The notes under the pieces are model-generated. The model searched no databases, was not told where the DNA came from, and saw nothing but the letters and a program-made list of their open reading frames with translations. Position numbers and translations under genes: made by a program. DNA of 64,000 bases from Selaginella moellendorffii (Eukaryota; Plantae; Lycopodiophyta), in contig NW_003314409.1 of the NCBI RefSeq assembly GCF_000143415.4, positions 226,368-290,367 of the forward strand. Direction: 5' to 3'. Below are positions 13,502 to 27,164 of this stretch, in pieces. Within the stretch, counting starts at the first letter, position 1; every line of letters begins with the position of its first letter.

Positions 13502-14190
13502 GTTTTAACAACTCACTACACAAGCAATGGAGCGCTAGCCATTCAACCACAAATTCCTAAATTCTCTCCCAATCCCCTTCCCCAAATTAAACTAAATTTA
13601 AGGTTTGGCTACACTCCCCATAAACACAAGAAATTAAGCATATTAAGCTTCCAAGTTTCTAACATTCATTGGTATAACAAAATTTAATCATGAGACCCTC
13701 TAAATCCCAAGCCATAAGTGCAACACTTGCTTTGAGACACTGGGTGGAAACACTATGGCTTAACGGCCCAATATGGGTACCCCTACTCCCCTATTTTCAT
13801 CCCGAAGGAAAGGCCTAAGCCCTTAGGAAGGGTGAGGACTAATGAGCCGCAAGGTACTCAAGTGGGGCACCACTCCACTTGAGCCGGAAGCACTACAATC
13901 GATTTCCCTTTTGGGAGTGGGAGCTACTTTTGAGCACTTCCTTGGGTGGTCCCTCCAGCACCACCTAAGTCCATGCTCACTCCCACCCAAGGCCCCTAAG
14001 CTCTAGCCTCAACCTCAAGTCAGTTTAGAAGCATCATTAAAGAGTTCCTTCAAGATTGGTTTTTGGACCTCATTATCTCTACTATACTTTTGGAACCCCT
14101 TGCAACCCTTCTCCCCCCCCGAGAGACACATGCTTTAGGCTTTTGCCCATGACTTGTATTAGTATTCAGAATAGGAATCGCTGAGACAAT
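13502..14190 (-). mobile_element. Family-B terminal (LTR-like) segment, inverted copy of ~46280-46945
   Basis: Reverse-complement match over ~670 bp (e.g. ggttccaaaagtatagta, ggaagtgctcaa, gggagtgtagccaaa). Confidence 0.85.
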
Positions 14191-14192
14191 TC

Positions 14193-14203
14193 CTCTGATA
14201 CCA
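14193..14203 (-). promoter_or_regulatory. tRNA-iMet primer binding site (TGGTATCAGAG)
   Basis: Canonical PBS 2 nt after the LTR end (...GTTACA tt TGGTATCAGAG on the minus strand). Confidence 0.9.
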
Positions 14204-14205
14204 AA

Positions 14206-15116
14206 TGTAACGCACATGAATTTGGAGCCAAACTCCAAGCCCGTTGCGCTACAAAACAAGGGTCTGGTACAATCCCATGAGCACCAGCTCCTTGTATCCA
14301 GCACCTGCATGCAAAATGGTGTCAGACGGAGTCTGGCACAATTTTAGCATACCGGTGGCCTAACGCAAGGAGGATGGTACCCCACAGACTAAAGGAGTGT
14401 AAAGCTTAGGCTTAAACCCAAGCCGGACGTAGAACAAGGAGTGACACAGCCCAACAGGAGCTAAACTAATGTCTCAGGTGGTCGGACATACATTCTAACC
14501 ACTATCCCTACTATACATTTGGAACCCCCCCACCTCCTTGAGGAAGACACGCTTTGGGCTTTCACCCCAAGCCTCCCTTAGTACTAGGAGTTAGTCTCTG
14601 GGACAAGCTCGAAACTTACTAAATATAGAATGGCGCTAGATTGCGAATTTGGACACGGGACGAACACCATTGTGTTCAGGCCAACCTCTATATTCTGTAG
14701 ATATACATATGAGCGAATCTAGACACTTTCCATAAATAACATTTGGGACCGAAATGAGACTAACACAAAGGGCGTGATAGCGAGGGTGTTTGGAAAACAC
14801 AGTATGCTCTCATCCGGCGATATTGAGGGACTAGTCTCAATACGCGAGGGTTCTTGCCAAGCCAGTGCAAAACAGAGCAAAAGAGAATTAACAAGCCGGG
14901 CCAAGTATGCTTGGCTAAATAGACATTTATGAATTCCTTCCTTATGCTCATCCGGCCAAGTACAAATGCTAGGTCCAATTTATTAACACTTGGACAAGAG
15001 GGGCTAATAAAGGAAACCAGCAGTACCAACCTCCTGCCGTCGTGGTAATAAGGAAAGAGTGCCCGTAAGGACTAGCCGACAAATATCTTTCAATACCTGA
15101 AGTCACATTCATGACA
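14206..15116 (-). mobile_element. 3' LTR of family-A chromovirus (911 bp, TGTCAT...GTTACA)
   Basis: Preceded on the minus strand by PPT AAGGGGGGGAGAG (15117-15129). The same 5' boundary occurs in the homologous copy at 49959. Confidence 0.88.
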
Positions 15117-18100
15117 CTCTCCCCCCCTTGGGGAAGATCAACATCCTCGTCGATACATACCCGAGTCTAGCAAATTGTCAAGGAAACAATTCTGAAAGTT
15201 AACGGAAAGCACACTATGTGGGAAACGCACCGACTTAAATGAGTTATAGAATGACCTCTCCTCTACGTCCAAAGACGTTAAGACTCAGACACCCTCTAGC
15301 CATCACCGACAAAGAAATAACTAACGGAGTTAGCCACCTTTGCTGCTCCGATATAGCACACCTTATCTCTCTCCCTTTAAGCCAACTAAAAAAGAGGCAA
15401 TTGTTTGATGAGAGAGCCCTTAGTGCTATTTTATCCCCATTTATCCCCCAAGGTTCCAAGGATCCACGGTGACAGTATATCTAAATCTCATCCCATGATC
15501 ACATGTGCTACATCCGAGTACCACTCGACTTACAAAGGAATGATACATCCCTGCTCGCAGGGACATAGGGAGAAAGCCAGAGGCCCAACTTCCCCTGAGC
15601 AAGAAATCAACCCCGTCAGGAAGATTTAGACAACTACTATAAACTGGCAGATTAAGTTGTTTACACGACCATGCCCCTTTTTTAAAATGAGTCATCGAGA
15701 GAGAGACAGGGACTTGTGATCAGTCTATAATAGTTATCCCCATGGTTATGGATTGAACCCATGCACTGAAGTGCCGAAGTCAACCTGTTAAAACTGACCC
15801 AAGTACTAATGAATGAAAGAAACGACACTTTGATGTATAAAAATATATTACTTTATTAATTTGCAAGATTTATTACAAGGTTTACAAAAGCTAATCTTTA
15901 TTACAATTCTCATACTCTGTGACAAGCTCACGAGCATGTGTAAGATTACTAAGAGGCTCCCAAATTGATTCACAAGATGGGTAACCTTTCCACTTAATTA
16001 GATACTCTCGATATTTGGCATGCTTAAGCCAGTGTGTACCCAAAATAGCTTCCAATTCATATTTAGGTTCACCATCCACAACTTTTGGTGGTGGACGAAT
16101 CTCCACTTGACGTGCATCATCCATAGTGTATGGAGCCAAGAGATTGGCATGAAATACATTATGAATATTAGACATCTCCGCAAGAAGATCCAACAATAGG
16201 ATACATTACCAATGCGCCTCAACACCCGATAAAGTCCAACATATCTCAATAACAGCTTCCGAGATAAAGATCCCTTAATGTTCAAGTTCTGGAAAGATAG
16301 CCACACCTGATCTCCCACTTGATAGGATACATCTCGACGATGCTGATCCTTATCACGTTGATACCTATCCTGAGCTTTGCCCATTGCCTCAGTAACTCTA
16401 GACCAACCTTGGCATAGCTGCTCCGCATAAGTCTCAACGGCTGGGACCAACACTTCGAACATTGATTTCGGTATAACAATCTATTGAGGCACTCCACGAG
16501 CATTTCCTTGCAGTATCTCCCACGGGGAACAGCCAATAGTGCTATGAAATGTGTTGTTTTAACAAATTTTTGCTGTATTCAAATACTCAACCCAATCGTG
16601 TTGGTCCGCCGCGACATAGTACCACAGATAATCCTCAACTTGAGCATTCACGCGTTTGGTCTGCCCATCAGTTTGAGGATGATAAGCCGTATTGAATTTC
16701 AGCTTGGTACAAAACAACTGGAACAGTGTGCCCCAAAACTTCCCCATAAACCTTGAATCTCTATTCGAGATCATCTCTTCGGGAAGACCACAAAGTCACA
16801 CTACTTCATGGAAAAAGAGTTTTGCTGCTTGTTTCGCATTCATTGTTCCCACAGTTGGAATGAAGTGTGCAATCTTCGACAACCGATCCACAACCACCAT
16901 CAAAGTATCATAACCCTTAGACTTCAACAAGCATGTGACGAAATCAAATGTCACACTCTGAAACAGCCATGCCGGTGTTGGAATGCACTACAACTTTCCA
17001 GCCTGCTTCTTAGCTCTACATTTACATTGCTGACATATAGGGCAGAAACAGACATAGTCCGCTACATCACCTTCTATACCAGACCAGAAAAATCCCTTTT
17101 TCAATGAAGCTAGAGTCTTTTGCTTTCCACCATGCCCTGCTGCCGAAACATCATGATGTTCCTATAGAAACAACTGCTGCAAATCCTTAGAGGGAAGATA
17201 CAATCTTTCTTGCTTATAGAATATAAGCCCATCCCGAACTGAGAAGTGAAGCTTTGCATTAGTGCGGTTAGCAACTTTCACTGCCTCGCTACTAGAGTTC
17301 TTCTTCGACAACTCCACATGGTATAAGATTGCCTTCGCCAACGGATCACTTCCATACGAAGCCCAAACGTCCTCCAACCAGTCCGAACTGATTGCTGATA
17401 TTGCCCGGAATTGAGCCTGACGACTCAATGCATCCGGAACAATATTAGCTTTACCAGGTTTATATATGATTTCAATATCATATCTAGTAAGCTTCTTTTG
17501 CGAACGAGCCTACTTTGGCATAAGTTTAGGCTGCGTAGCAAAGTAGCTTAGTGTGTTACTATCCGTATAAACCTTGGTGTGTCCACCCAAGTAGTGTTCC
17601 AATATTCCAAGGCCGACACTATAGCAAACATCTCTTTCTCATGCGTTGGCCATCTTCATTGGGTCTCATCCAATTTCTTGGAATAGAATGCAACGGGACA
17701 ACCATGTCGCCTTAGCGTAGCACCAACCGCTTTGTCACAATCTTTCTGCAACACGGCACTAATAGCAAAGCCAGATGCATCACAATGCACTTCAAAGGGT
17801 TTATCAAGATCTGGGATCTTGAGAACATGAACGATAGTCAAGATCTCCTTCAACCGTACAAAAGCACGCTAACAAGTTGGTGTCCAATGAAATGGAATGT
17901 TACTCTTCGTCAACTCAGTCAACGAAAGAGCAATTCTTGCAAAATTGCGGACAAACTTGCAATAGTATCCTGCCAAACCAAGAAAGGAACGAACATTTGA
18001 TACAGTGGTCGGGACATCCTAGGACTTCACTGCTTCCACCTTCTTTGGATCAACTTCAATCACGCCACCACCAACTATATGTCTGAGAAAGTTTATGTGC

Positions 18101-19985
18101 AATTGACTAAAAGCGCATTTACTTTCTTTAGCATACAGTTTGTGTTCGCGCAACTTCTGAAACACCAGCTCCAAGTGTTTCAAATGATCCTCCAACGTTT
18201 CACTAAAGACTAGAACATCGTCAATATACAGGACAACAAATGCATCAAAATAATCTCTGAATATTCTATCCATCATAGTGCTGAACATTGCCGGAGCATT
18301 GCATAACCCGAATAGCATCACAAGGAACTCATAAGATTCGTACCGAGTCTTAAAGGCTGTTTTCTCCACATCTTGATCTACCACCTGTATCTGATGATAC
18401 CCGAATTGCAAATCAAGTCGCATAAAATACTTAGCCTTTAAGAGTTGGTCAAACAAGCCATCAATGTGAGGCAAAGGATAACTGTTTTTAACCGTGATCT
18501 TGTTAAGTGCCTGATAGTCAATGCACATCCTCATGGTTCCATCCTTTTTCATAACAAAAAGGACTGATACTCCATAAGGTGACTTGCTTGGTCAGATATG
18601 ACCTTTGTCAAGAAGCTTTGTGAGTTGCTTCTTGAGTTCAGCCATCTCCTTAATGTTCAATCGATATGGAGCCTTTGTAGGTGGTTTAGAACCCGGAATA
18701 ACCTCAATCTGATGATCAACCTCACGGCTAGGAGGTAACCCTGGCGGCAAATCCTTTGGGAAGATATCCTGATTCCTCACCAACAACTCTAATATCTTTT
18801 TTGGTACAGGATCAACCCTATCACCAATTCGAATTGAGTCACCAACACCCTTAGCTTCTATCACTTGAACCCAAAAGGTCTGACATCCCCTTTTAGCTGC
18901 TTTTTGAGCGGCCCTCGCAGTCAGAAACTTTGCATCCCAATCCTTTGAGGAACGCTTTTGCAACTGGAAGGACACATCGGGATGTCCTTCGGACTTCAAC
19001 GTGATACGATTTTGTTTAGCACCATAAATCCCTTTTATATATTTGTTAAAGAAGTCCATACCAAACACCATCTGAAAATTTAGTATCTTCAACACAACCA
19101 AGTCCATTCTTTCTTTCCACTTGGATATCTTTATTAGAACATCACTCACAAACTTTCTGGCTACTTGCCCACCTTCCGCAAACCGAAAGTGCATAGGCGA
19201 CATTTGCTCAGTATTCAATCCTAGCAACTTAACTAGGTCTTCGGATATCACGCTGTGCGTAGCTCCCGTGTCAACCATCACTCGGATTCGGTGTCCACGG
19301 ACAAAGCCTACCAGATACATTAACAAATCAGTGTTTGCATTGACTGCAAGAAAAACTTGAGGAAAGCAATGAAAGTTACTCACCTCCTCTTCCTCATAGT
19401 CTACATTGACCAACTCGTCAACCCCTTTAACTTCATCACCACCGTCTTCCCTCATAATATTAACACGAGACTTTGTCTTATGCTTGTTGGGACATTCCAA
19501 GGACCTATGTCCTGACTCTCCACAATAGAAGCAATGACCCACACTACCCGTTCCACTAGGAGCAGGTTTTGTAGGTTGCTGCTACTTATACCCACCAGGA
19601 GGAGGAACATAGGGCCTAGGACCAAAAGAAACTGTTGGTGGTCTCCAACCACCACCACCACCTTTGTTAACCATTGTTTGTGAGCCCCCAAAGTGGAACC
19701 TGCCTTCCACCCTCTGTTTCCGATCACCTTGTTTATTCCCAGAATTCTTATTCTTATCCGAGTTACCAGCATACGGTTGCTGATATTGTTCCATGAGCGA
19801 GTGACTAAAGGCAACTTACTGCACTGCCTCCTTACACTCCAAGTATGTTTTCAGCTTAAACTTCAAAATCTCATTGCAAGAAAATGAACTTAAACCCTCT
19901 AGAAAATAACTCCAAGCATCTGGTTTATATGCCCAAAAAGTGCGTAGTCCTTTTGTTCAGTTAACTCTATGATGTCTACCACCTA
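15117..19985 (-). mobile_element. Ty3/gypsy chromovirus family A internal region (gag-PR-RT-RH-INT-chromodomain), 5'-truncated and decayed
   Basis: Zn knuckle CFYCGESGHRSLEC; protease VDTGATHS; RT YIDD; INT YHPQTDGQTKRVN; chromodomain YELEAIL...YLIKWKGYPSCESIWEPLSNL; multiple stops and frameshifts. Confidence 0.96.
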
Positions 19986-20034
19986 TGCACTCATACACAA
20001 AGTTGACTATGAAAAATCACATGGAATAACCAAG

Positions 20035-20755
20035 TGAATTGAGCTCCACATATCTGCAAGTTAAAACTATGAGAAACATCAACATGTGACCATGTATATA
20101 CCTCATCTCGATGTCTCCAGAGACAATCACCAAGATGCATAATCACTCTCTCGTCCCCATTAGTTTGGTTAGCTGCCATTATAGCCAGGTTTTCCTGCCA
20201 TTCTTCGAGCATTCCTTCTGCGTCCTGCAAGTCAACATGCACTCCTTAAGCAAGAGAGTAGCTTGATAAAAGTATTTCACCTGTGTTGCACCATCTACAG
20301 CAGACGCTGGAACCGGTTGAGGTTGAAGCGCTGTTACATTCGACAAATTAGTGTTCCCTACAAACACTCCGGCATGTTGACCAGCATAAAGAAGAGTTAG
20401 AGTCCAGAGGGGAAACCCTGGTTGAAACTGACATTGAGCCATCTCCGCTATAGTGTCAGTGTAGAACTATTAAAAACCACAAGACCATCACTAACAGTCT
20501 ATACATCAAAGCTACAAGACAAGGTACCTTCTCTCCCAGCTGCCGGGCCATAAGAAGAGCACATCCCCAAAGTTGCCCGTCTTGAGCAGCCCGTAAAGCC
20601 TCTTTCTGCTTTCCGGCAATCAGTAGCCTTTTCACCTCAAATGCAGTTGCCTGTCGCCAGAAAGTCTTCGTTTGTATCAACTCAAGAGAAAAAGACTGCC
20701 CAACCTGCATTTGCTGTTCGGTTGGAGTTGTCTGTAGACAGCGAGAGCCAAAAGC
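20035..20755 (-). pseudogene. SEC16: Internal fragment of a SEC16 (MAIGO5/RGPR-like) gene with four introns
   Basis: Spliced reading RCLQTTPTEQQMQ|ATAFEVKRLL...AQDGQLWGCALLMARQLGEK|FYTDTIAEMA...PGFPLWTLTLLYAGQ...|...EEWQENLAIMAANQTNGDERVIMHLGDCLW matches the plant SEC16 core. GT-AG introns at 20651-20704, 20467-20527, 20225-20280 and 20054-20101. Confidence 0.85.
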
Positions 20756-21490
20756 CCATGACTCTACATCGCGCTCCTCCTTTATGTTCTCAAACAAAGC
20801 CTCGGCTTCATTCAAATGCCCTTTCCTGGCAAATGCTGTGACGAGGACAGTCTGCGCAACGATCGTCTTCACGGGCATCCGATCAAACAAATCCTTGACA
20901 GAAGCTATCTTTCCACTGCGGATGCAAAGCGTGATCATCACATTCCAAGAGATCTCGTTCTTCTCTGGAGCCAATTCGAAAACCTCTCGCGCTTTATCAA
21001 GATGCCCGTTGTCGGCATATGCCGTGACGATCGAGTTCCACGTCGAGGCATCTCGCCGGAGCATCCCATCGAACGTTCTGCGCGCTCGATTTAGATCTTT
21101 CGCCTGTGCGTAGGCCCGGATCGTGATGTTGGAGGAGAAGAGCTTAGGATTCTCTATGGATTCGAAGATTGCACGGGCGTCATCGACGCTGCCGCATTTG
21201 CCATACATCTGGACGAGCAGATTCGCGAGGTATTTGTTGCGGCGGTGCTCGCTCTGCGCAATGCGGGCGTGGATTTGCGTCCCCTGTGACAGATCCCGGC
21301 AGTTCTTGAGCAGTGCTCCCCAGGAGAGCAAGCAATCCTCTGAGGTGTCTGTGGAAATCACGAAATTGGGGAAGAGCAATGCCATAAACTTTGCTGGATC
21401 TCACACGCATTCGCGATTCGCGAGGTATTCTTTGCGAGAATCCGGGCGCGACCTCCACAGCTCTTGAGAATCCTGGACGGAGAAAGAACA
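20756..21490 (-). pseudogene. 5' part of a PLS-class PPR gene, fused in frame to the SEC16 fragment
   Basis: YLANLLVQMYGKCGSVDDARAIFE and further motifs in ORF 20456-21385. A transit-peptide-like leader (MFFLRPGFSR...) lies upstream in another frame. Confidence 0.82.
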
Positions 21491-21656
21491 TTCCAATCTG
21501 GAGATCACAGCTAAGAAGAAGAAGATAATCCATCTTGCCTTGCAAGAACAAGGACACCCTGGAAGAAGCAAAGATTTTACTCTCTGGTGAGAATTCCTCT
21601 ACTCCACTACTCCACTGGGCTTATAAGATTGGCTCTCTCCTCCATTCTCTATAGCA

Positions 21657-23366
21657 ATGAATTTCCATCTCTCTTTCTTGCTCCTCGAGATACTAGTGTT
21701 CTTGAGAGCTGTCGCCCTAAATTCGCCCCCACCGCTCACTCTCCGCCCAATTCCCTCATGGCGCAAGCTCCAGTTCCACTCGCGCCGCCTCTCGATGTTC
21801 TTCCACTTCGGCGTCAACACATTCACGGACTCGGAGCGTGGATCCGGCCACGAATCGCCCTCCATCTTCAACCCGGAGCGATTGAATGCGTCGCAGTGGA
21901 TGGAAGCGGCCCAATCCGCGGGCGCGCAGCTCGTGATCCTCACGGTCAAGCACCACGACGGGTTCTGCCTGTGGCCCTCGGCCTACACCAATTTCTCCGT
22001 GGCTAGCAGCTCTTGGCGAGGAGGGAAGGGGGATGTGGTGGCCGAGTTCGTGGCCGCCGCCAGGGAGCGTGGATTGGACGTGGGCTTTTATCTCTCGCCA
22101 TGGGATTTGCACGAGAGCTGCTATGGCGACACTCTTCTCTACAACGAGTTCTACTTGGCTCAGCTCCGAGAGCTTCTTACTGGGTGAGTGAGACATTCTT
22201 TGCTTCTTCTTCACGCATTTTTCTTGGTGGCATGATCACTGTGTGATATGTTTGCATTTGCTCCAGCCCATCAAACGGTTTTAGCATTAGGAACTCGCGA
22301 GCTTGTGGGCTTTTGTAGTTTTCATCTCTAGCAGCAGATGCCTTGACGCGGCATTTTGTTTTGGCCTGCAGATATGGGCCGATCTCCGAGGTGTGGCTGG
22401 ATGGTGCGAAATCACCCACTGCAGTGAACATGAGCTACGATTTTGAGCTCTGGTTTGACACGATTCATCAGCTGCAACCCGGTGCCAACATCTTTTCCGA
22501 CGCTGGCCCTGACATCCGATGGGTTGGGAACGAGTATGGCGAGGCCGGACAACCATGCTGGGCGATGGCGAACAGATCTTCCATTACGATAGGCAGGAGC
22601 GATGGCCAGTACGTAAATTCCATCCTTGCATGAAACTTTTGTTCTCGTGAAACTCGATCCAATTCGCAACATCAACAGGTACTTGATGTCTGGAGAGAGT
22701 GCTGGAACCGACTGGCTCCCTCCGGAGTGCGATATGTCCATCAGGCCCGGTTGGTTTTGGCACAGGAACGAGGCTCCAAAATCCCTGGAGCAGCTGCTCG
22801 ACGTTTTCTACAAATCATCCGCCAGGAACTGCTTGCTCCTGCTCAACGTCCCTCCAAACTCGTCGGGACTGATCGACGAATCCGACTTCCAGACGCTGGA
22901 GCGGTTTAGCTCCGCCATAGATTCCATCTTCAGCGTCAACTTAGCAGCGAATCCCTTGTCCGTGACAGCAAGCAGCGTTCGCAGCTCTTCGTTCGGGCCG
23001 AAGCAAATCCTTGACGAGCGTATGGAAACTTTCTGGGCTCCAATGCAAGGGGAGTCGACTGGCTGGATCGAGCTTGATCTTGGCAAGGTCTCAAAGTTCA
23101 ACGCACTGGAGATCCGAGAGCCAGTAAACATGGGACAAAGGGTAAAGGAATATCATGTCGAGGCATGGGACAGCGAGCTGGGCTGGTACCTGGTGAGCAA
23201 CGGTAGCACCATTGGTTACAGGAAAGTGGATCGACTGGAAGAGGATCAAGAATGTGCTGCTCGGCTCGTTCGACTGCTGATTGACGCGTCGCGGGGAGAT
23301 CCATTGATCTGCTTCTTTGGTTTGTACTTCGATATGTACAACCTCAGGCACTTGTCTTCTATTTAG
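21657..23366 (+). CDS. FUC1: Alpha-L-fucosidase, GH29 (FUC1-like), 3 exons, ~483 aa
   Basis: Signal peptide; MFFHFGVNTF, TVKHHDGFCLWPS, WLDGA nucleophile region, IRPGWFWH, LLLNVPP. Exons 21657-22183, 22372-22608 and 22679-23366 sum to 1452 nt, open, with GT-AG introns. Confidence 0.94.
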
Positions 23367-23899
23367 AAGAGAAACTACAAGAGGATATGTATATTTCTTT
23401 TCAGGTATGAGAAACATAGCTTTGGGTTGGAAATCCCTGGCCTGATCAATAACAGTCTCTTTGCATCACTCCTAACAGATTGGAGCCTAGAGAACAACCA
23501 AAGAAAATCAAGAGCTAGCCCTCTACCCTTTGAGCTCGTGGAAAGTACCCTTGCATGGAGGTGGCAGCTGGTTAAACTTGAGAAGTTAGCTTGTCTGGAG
23601 GACCTCCTGTTGCTCCTGCTTCCTTGCCACAAAATCACACCTGCAAACACATGTCCAAACATTGAACTAGTACTTCTCAGATTTAAAAGCTTTGAAAATA
23701 CATTAGAACATCTTTTTGCCATGTAGTCAACGTGATGACCATTATTAAAATGATTTTAATTTATAAACACAAAATTATTCTAAATAAATATCAACAATTA
23801 AATTATAGAATATTCAAGAATACCCAGGTATATCCTATGTTAGTTTGCTTAAGCAAACAAAAAATATAGTGCCTAAATTGAAGAAATACTCAAAGGTGT

Positions 23900-24600
23900 A
23901 AATGACTATAACTTAACTGAAGCCATAAAAGATAGGTATTGCAAATACTAAACAGGTCATACACCTTGTGGGTGTTCTTTTGCAAATAGCCTGCAGAAAA
24001 AAAGCTATTAAAATAAATATATAACACTTTTTCTCCATCTAGCATGCCATAGAGGACAAAGTAGCAATCTATTTAAATTATAACTCAATGTAGATTAAAA
24101 TCACTAAAGGATGATCCTAACGATTCAAAACAACTATTATACTTGCCTCAAAAAGCTAGCAATATTCTAATCTGAATACCAATCCTGGATTTGCAATGAT
24201 GCTAGACTGGAAGATTAAAGGGAACTGAAGTATATCTTTAGTTGAGTCTAGTATTCCTAAGAGTTTAAGAATGATTAAGATTGTACTCCAATATGTTAGT
24301 TTTGAAAATTTTCATATACTTATATTCCATGATATTGGAAGAGAAGGGAATAGATTGGTCACGAAACATTGAACAAGTGCTAGTTGCCATTGAAGAAGCA
24401 ATATTGCTCTATACAACAACATTATATATAAAACTCCACCCTGCAGAATAGAAAGAAAGTTTTCAAAGGGAATGGATAAGTAGGAAATGGCACTTGTGAT
24501 ATTTCTTATTTCCAATGGGGAGAATTGTTTGGGATGTTCAGCATCCCTGATTGCTATGCTAGATAATATGTTTGATAACATATGTCAAACTTCTCATCAT
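23900..24600 (-). pseudogene. Second, more decayed copy of the AT-rich lectin-domain gene
   Basis: IDCYFVLYGMLDGEKVLY vs VDCNFVLYDMLDGERVLY; DAEHPKQFSPLEIRNITSAIS vs DA*HPGQFSQLETRKVTSAIS in copy 1. Confidence 0.6.
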
Positions 24601-25422
24601 CAAATTACTTAACTATCCTTCATTATGCATATATTAATTCCTAAAGCTCTCCAAGGATTTGGTTCTTGACAGATTATGGCATTGACTTTGCGGAAGATTT
24701 GATAAATTTCCTTGTAAAATCGCCTTGCATACATGCTTTGCAAAGAACAATCCAGTCAACATAGATTAAGCCCATCATAAAAGTGGGCCAATTGTCTTTA
24801 AACTTAATTCTCTGTATCAACATCCAATGAAGCCTTTGTAAATGCTAGCCATCAACGAATGGGCTGAGGCCCAGCTCCAGCAACATGCTGTGCAATGCTT
24901 CGCAAGTGGAGAGGATACCATATGGAACACAGAGAGGAGAACATATGAAGCATGTCGGGAGGCAACCAGGGAGATAGGATACGCAATGGGAACGAGCTAT
25001 CACCTTACTGCAATGAGCCCATCTCCACCTGCGCCTCAAACGCAAGCTTTCCACACCACTACTTCCCACTTTCAACAAGAGCTCATGAGAGACTTCCACA
25101 GCTCACTCTCACCGGCATGGTCTTGAGAATCTGGATTACCACGCCTAGCATGGCACTGATGTGGAGCAGAAGGAGCGCAGTGCTGCTGCTGAAATTCACA
25201 ACAGCAGCATTGGATTTTACATTGCTGACTATAGCAAACCCACTGCACTTAACATTCCAGATGCATGGGACACCACGGACTCATACGCGAGAGGCGGAGG
25301 ACTATGCTCCTCATGAAGACTCTCCTATGCTCAATCCTCTGTGCGTCCCGCTCTCCATCCATGGGGGATGGGGTGGCTCACGGAATGGCTGGATATCAAC
25401 GATCGATGTTTGGGTCAACACA

Positions 25423-26805
25423 TCAAGTCTGAACTGCTCTGAAGATGTTCTCCAGCATCACATAAGGCAATGCATCACTCACAAGGCTGGACTGGCACGT
25501 AAATTCCGCAGCATGCATCCCTCGATTCATCTCCCCGTGGTTTTTACACGCGGTAAGAAACGTTGCCCATGCAACTCCATCAGCTGGCAAAGGCATATTC
25601 TCCAGGACATCCTCGGCCTCTTCCAATTGCCCTAGCCGTCCTAGAGCATCAACAATGCAGGTGTAGTGGTCTTGCGAAGGGCCCAATCCATTGTCAAAGC
25701 TCATTGCCGTGAAGTAGCTTACTGCTTCCTTGACGAGCCCCAGATGGCTACACGCCGTCAAAACGAGGGCAAACGCTGCCTTGTCGGGATCAAAGCCGTG
25801 AAGAAACATCGCCCAAAAGAGCTGGATCGCAGAATACGCATGGCCGGTCTGGGCATATGCTGCTAGCATCGTGTTCCAGGAGACCAAATTCCAAGTTGGT
25901 ATTCTATCAAACGTCTTCTTTGCCTCACAATTATTTGCATCTAAAGCGTATACCACGAGAATTGTGTTCCATGAATAGGAATCCCAGCAGCAACACAAAG
26001 AAAACGCTCGTATAGCGTCTTTGAAACGACCTCTCTGGGCATAAACAGCGATTATCGCGTTCCATGAAACAAGATCTCTGTGTGGCATTTCTTCAAACAA
26101 TTGTTTTCCTTGATCAGCGTCACCTTTTTGCGCGTATGACTTGATCATAATCGTCCACGAAAGCATGCTGTGCAGAGGCATCCTATTAAACAAACTCTAG
26201 GCTTGAATCAAATCCCCATTTTGGGCATAGCAGCAGTGCATCGCCCCCCAGAGGATTGCGTTTCGGTGGACAATCTCCTGGAAGACATCCTTCGCCTCCT
26301 CCACGAATCCATTCTCTGCAAACATGACGAGCATCACCGCGTGAGTGATGCTGTTCTTCTCGGGCATGGAATCAAACGCGGCTGTCGCATCGCCCACTCG
26401 CCCGCGCTGCGCGAAACCCTGCACGAGGATCGTCCACGCTACCACATTCGTCTCGGGCATCCAATCCAGCACCTCTCTCGCTCGCCCAATCTCTCCGCCG
26501 CGAGCAAATCCCCGCAGCAGCGTCGCCCACGTCTTGCAGTTCCTCTCGGGCATCGCATCAAACACCGCCTTGCTCGATCCAATCCGCCCGCAATCGCCCA
26601 GCGCCTTGACCATCGCAGTGGAGGAAACTACATCCCGCACCGCCATTCGATTGAACGCTGCCTTGGCCTCGCCCGGATGCCCTCTCTCGGCATACGCACT
26701 CGCGAGTGCCGTCCACGACGCAATGTTCTTGGCTGGCAATGCATCAAAGATCCTTCTTGATTCCTCCAAATGCCCACACTGCGTGTAGACAACCAGTGTT
26801 TCCAT
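25423..26805 (-). pseudogene. PLS-E class PPR pseudogene (in-frame TAG at 26197-26199, 5'-truncated)
   Basis: The two ORFs share a frame, separated by one stop. Motifs LTACSHLGLVKEA, DHYTCIVDALGRLGQLEEAE, VAWATFLTACKNH. Confidence 0.88.
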
Positions 26806-27164
26806 ACATAATATCTATGCTGATGACTTATGATTAGTAAACAGAAGTACAAGAGACTTGCTATAATGAAACTTTAAACAGTTAAACACTGAATAGAGGA
26901 AATTGCTAAGCCAAAGTCCACCAAGATCATCACATTTATACTATTTATGACTCCAGCAAAAACAAACATCCTCCATTAATTCTTTATTGCATGTTATGAA
27001 AGAGAGTGGAGGAGAGAGAATAGGAGGACTTTTGTTATTTGTTGGTGATAGAACTCTTATTATCCATAAATGTCAAAAGAGCATAAGAATATTTTTTAGC
27101 ATATTATTGACATTTGGCAAAAGTTCCAATGTTATGTCCCCATCCATATCATGAACAATAATTG

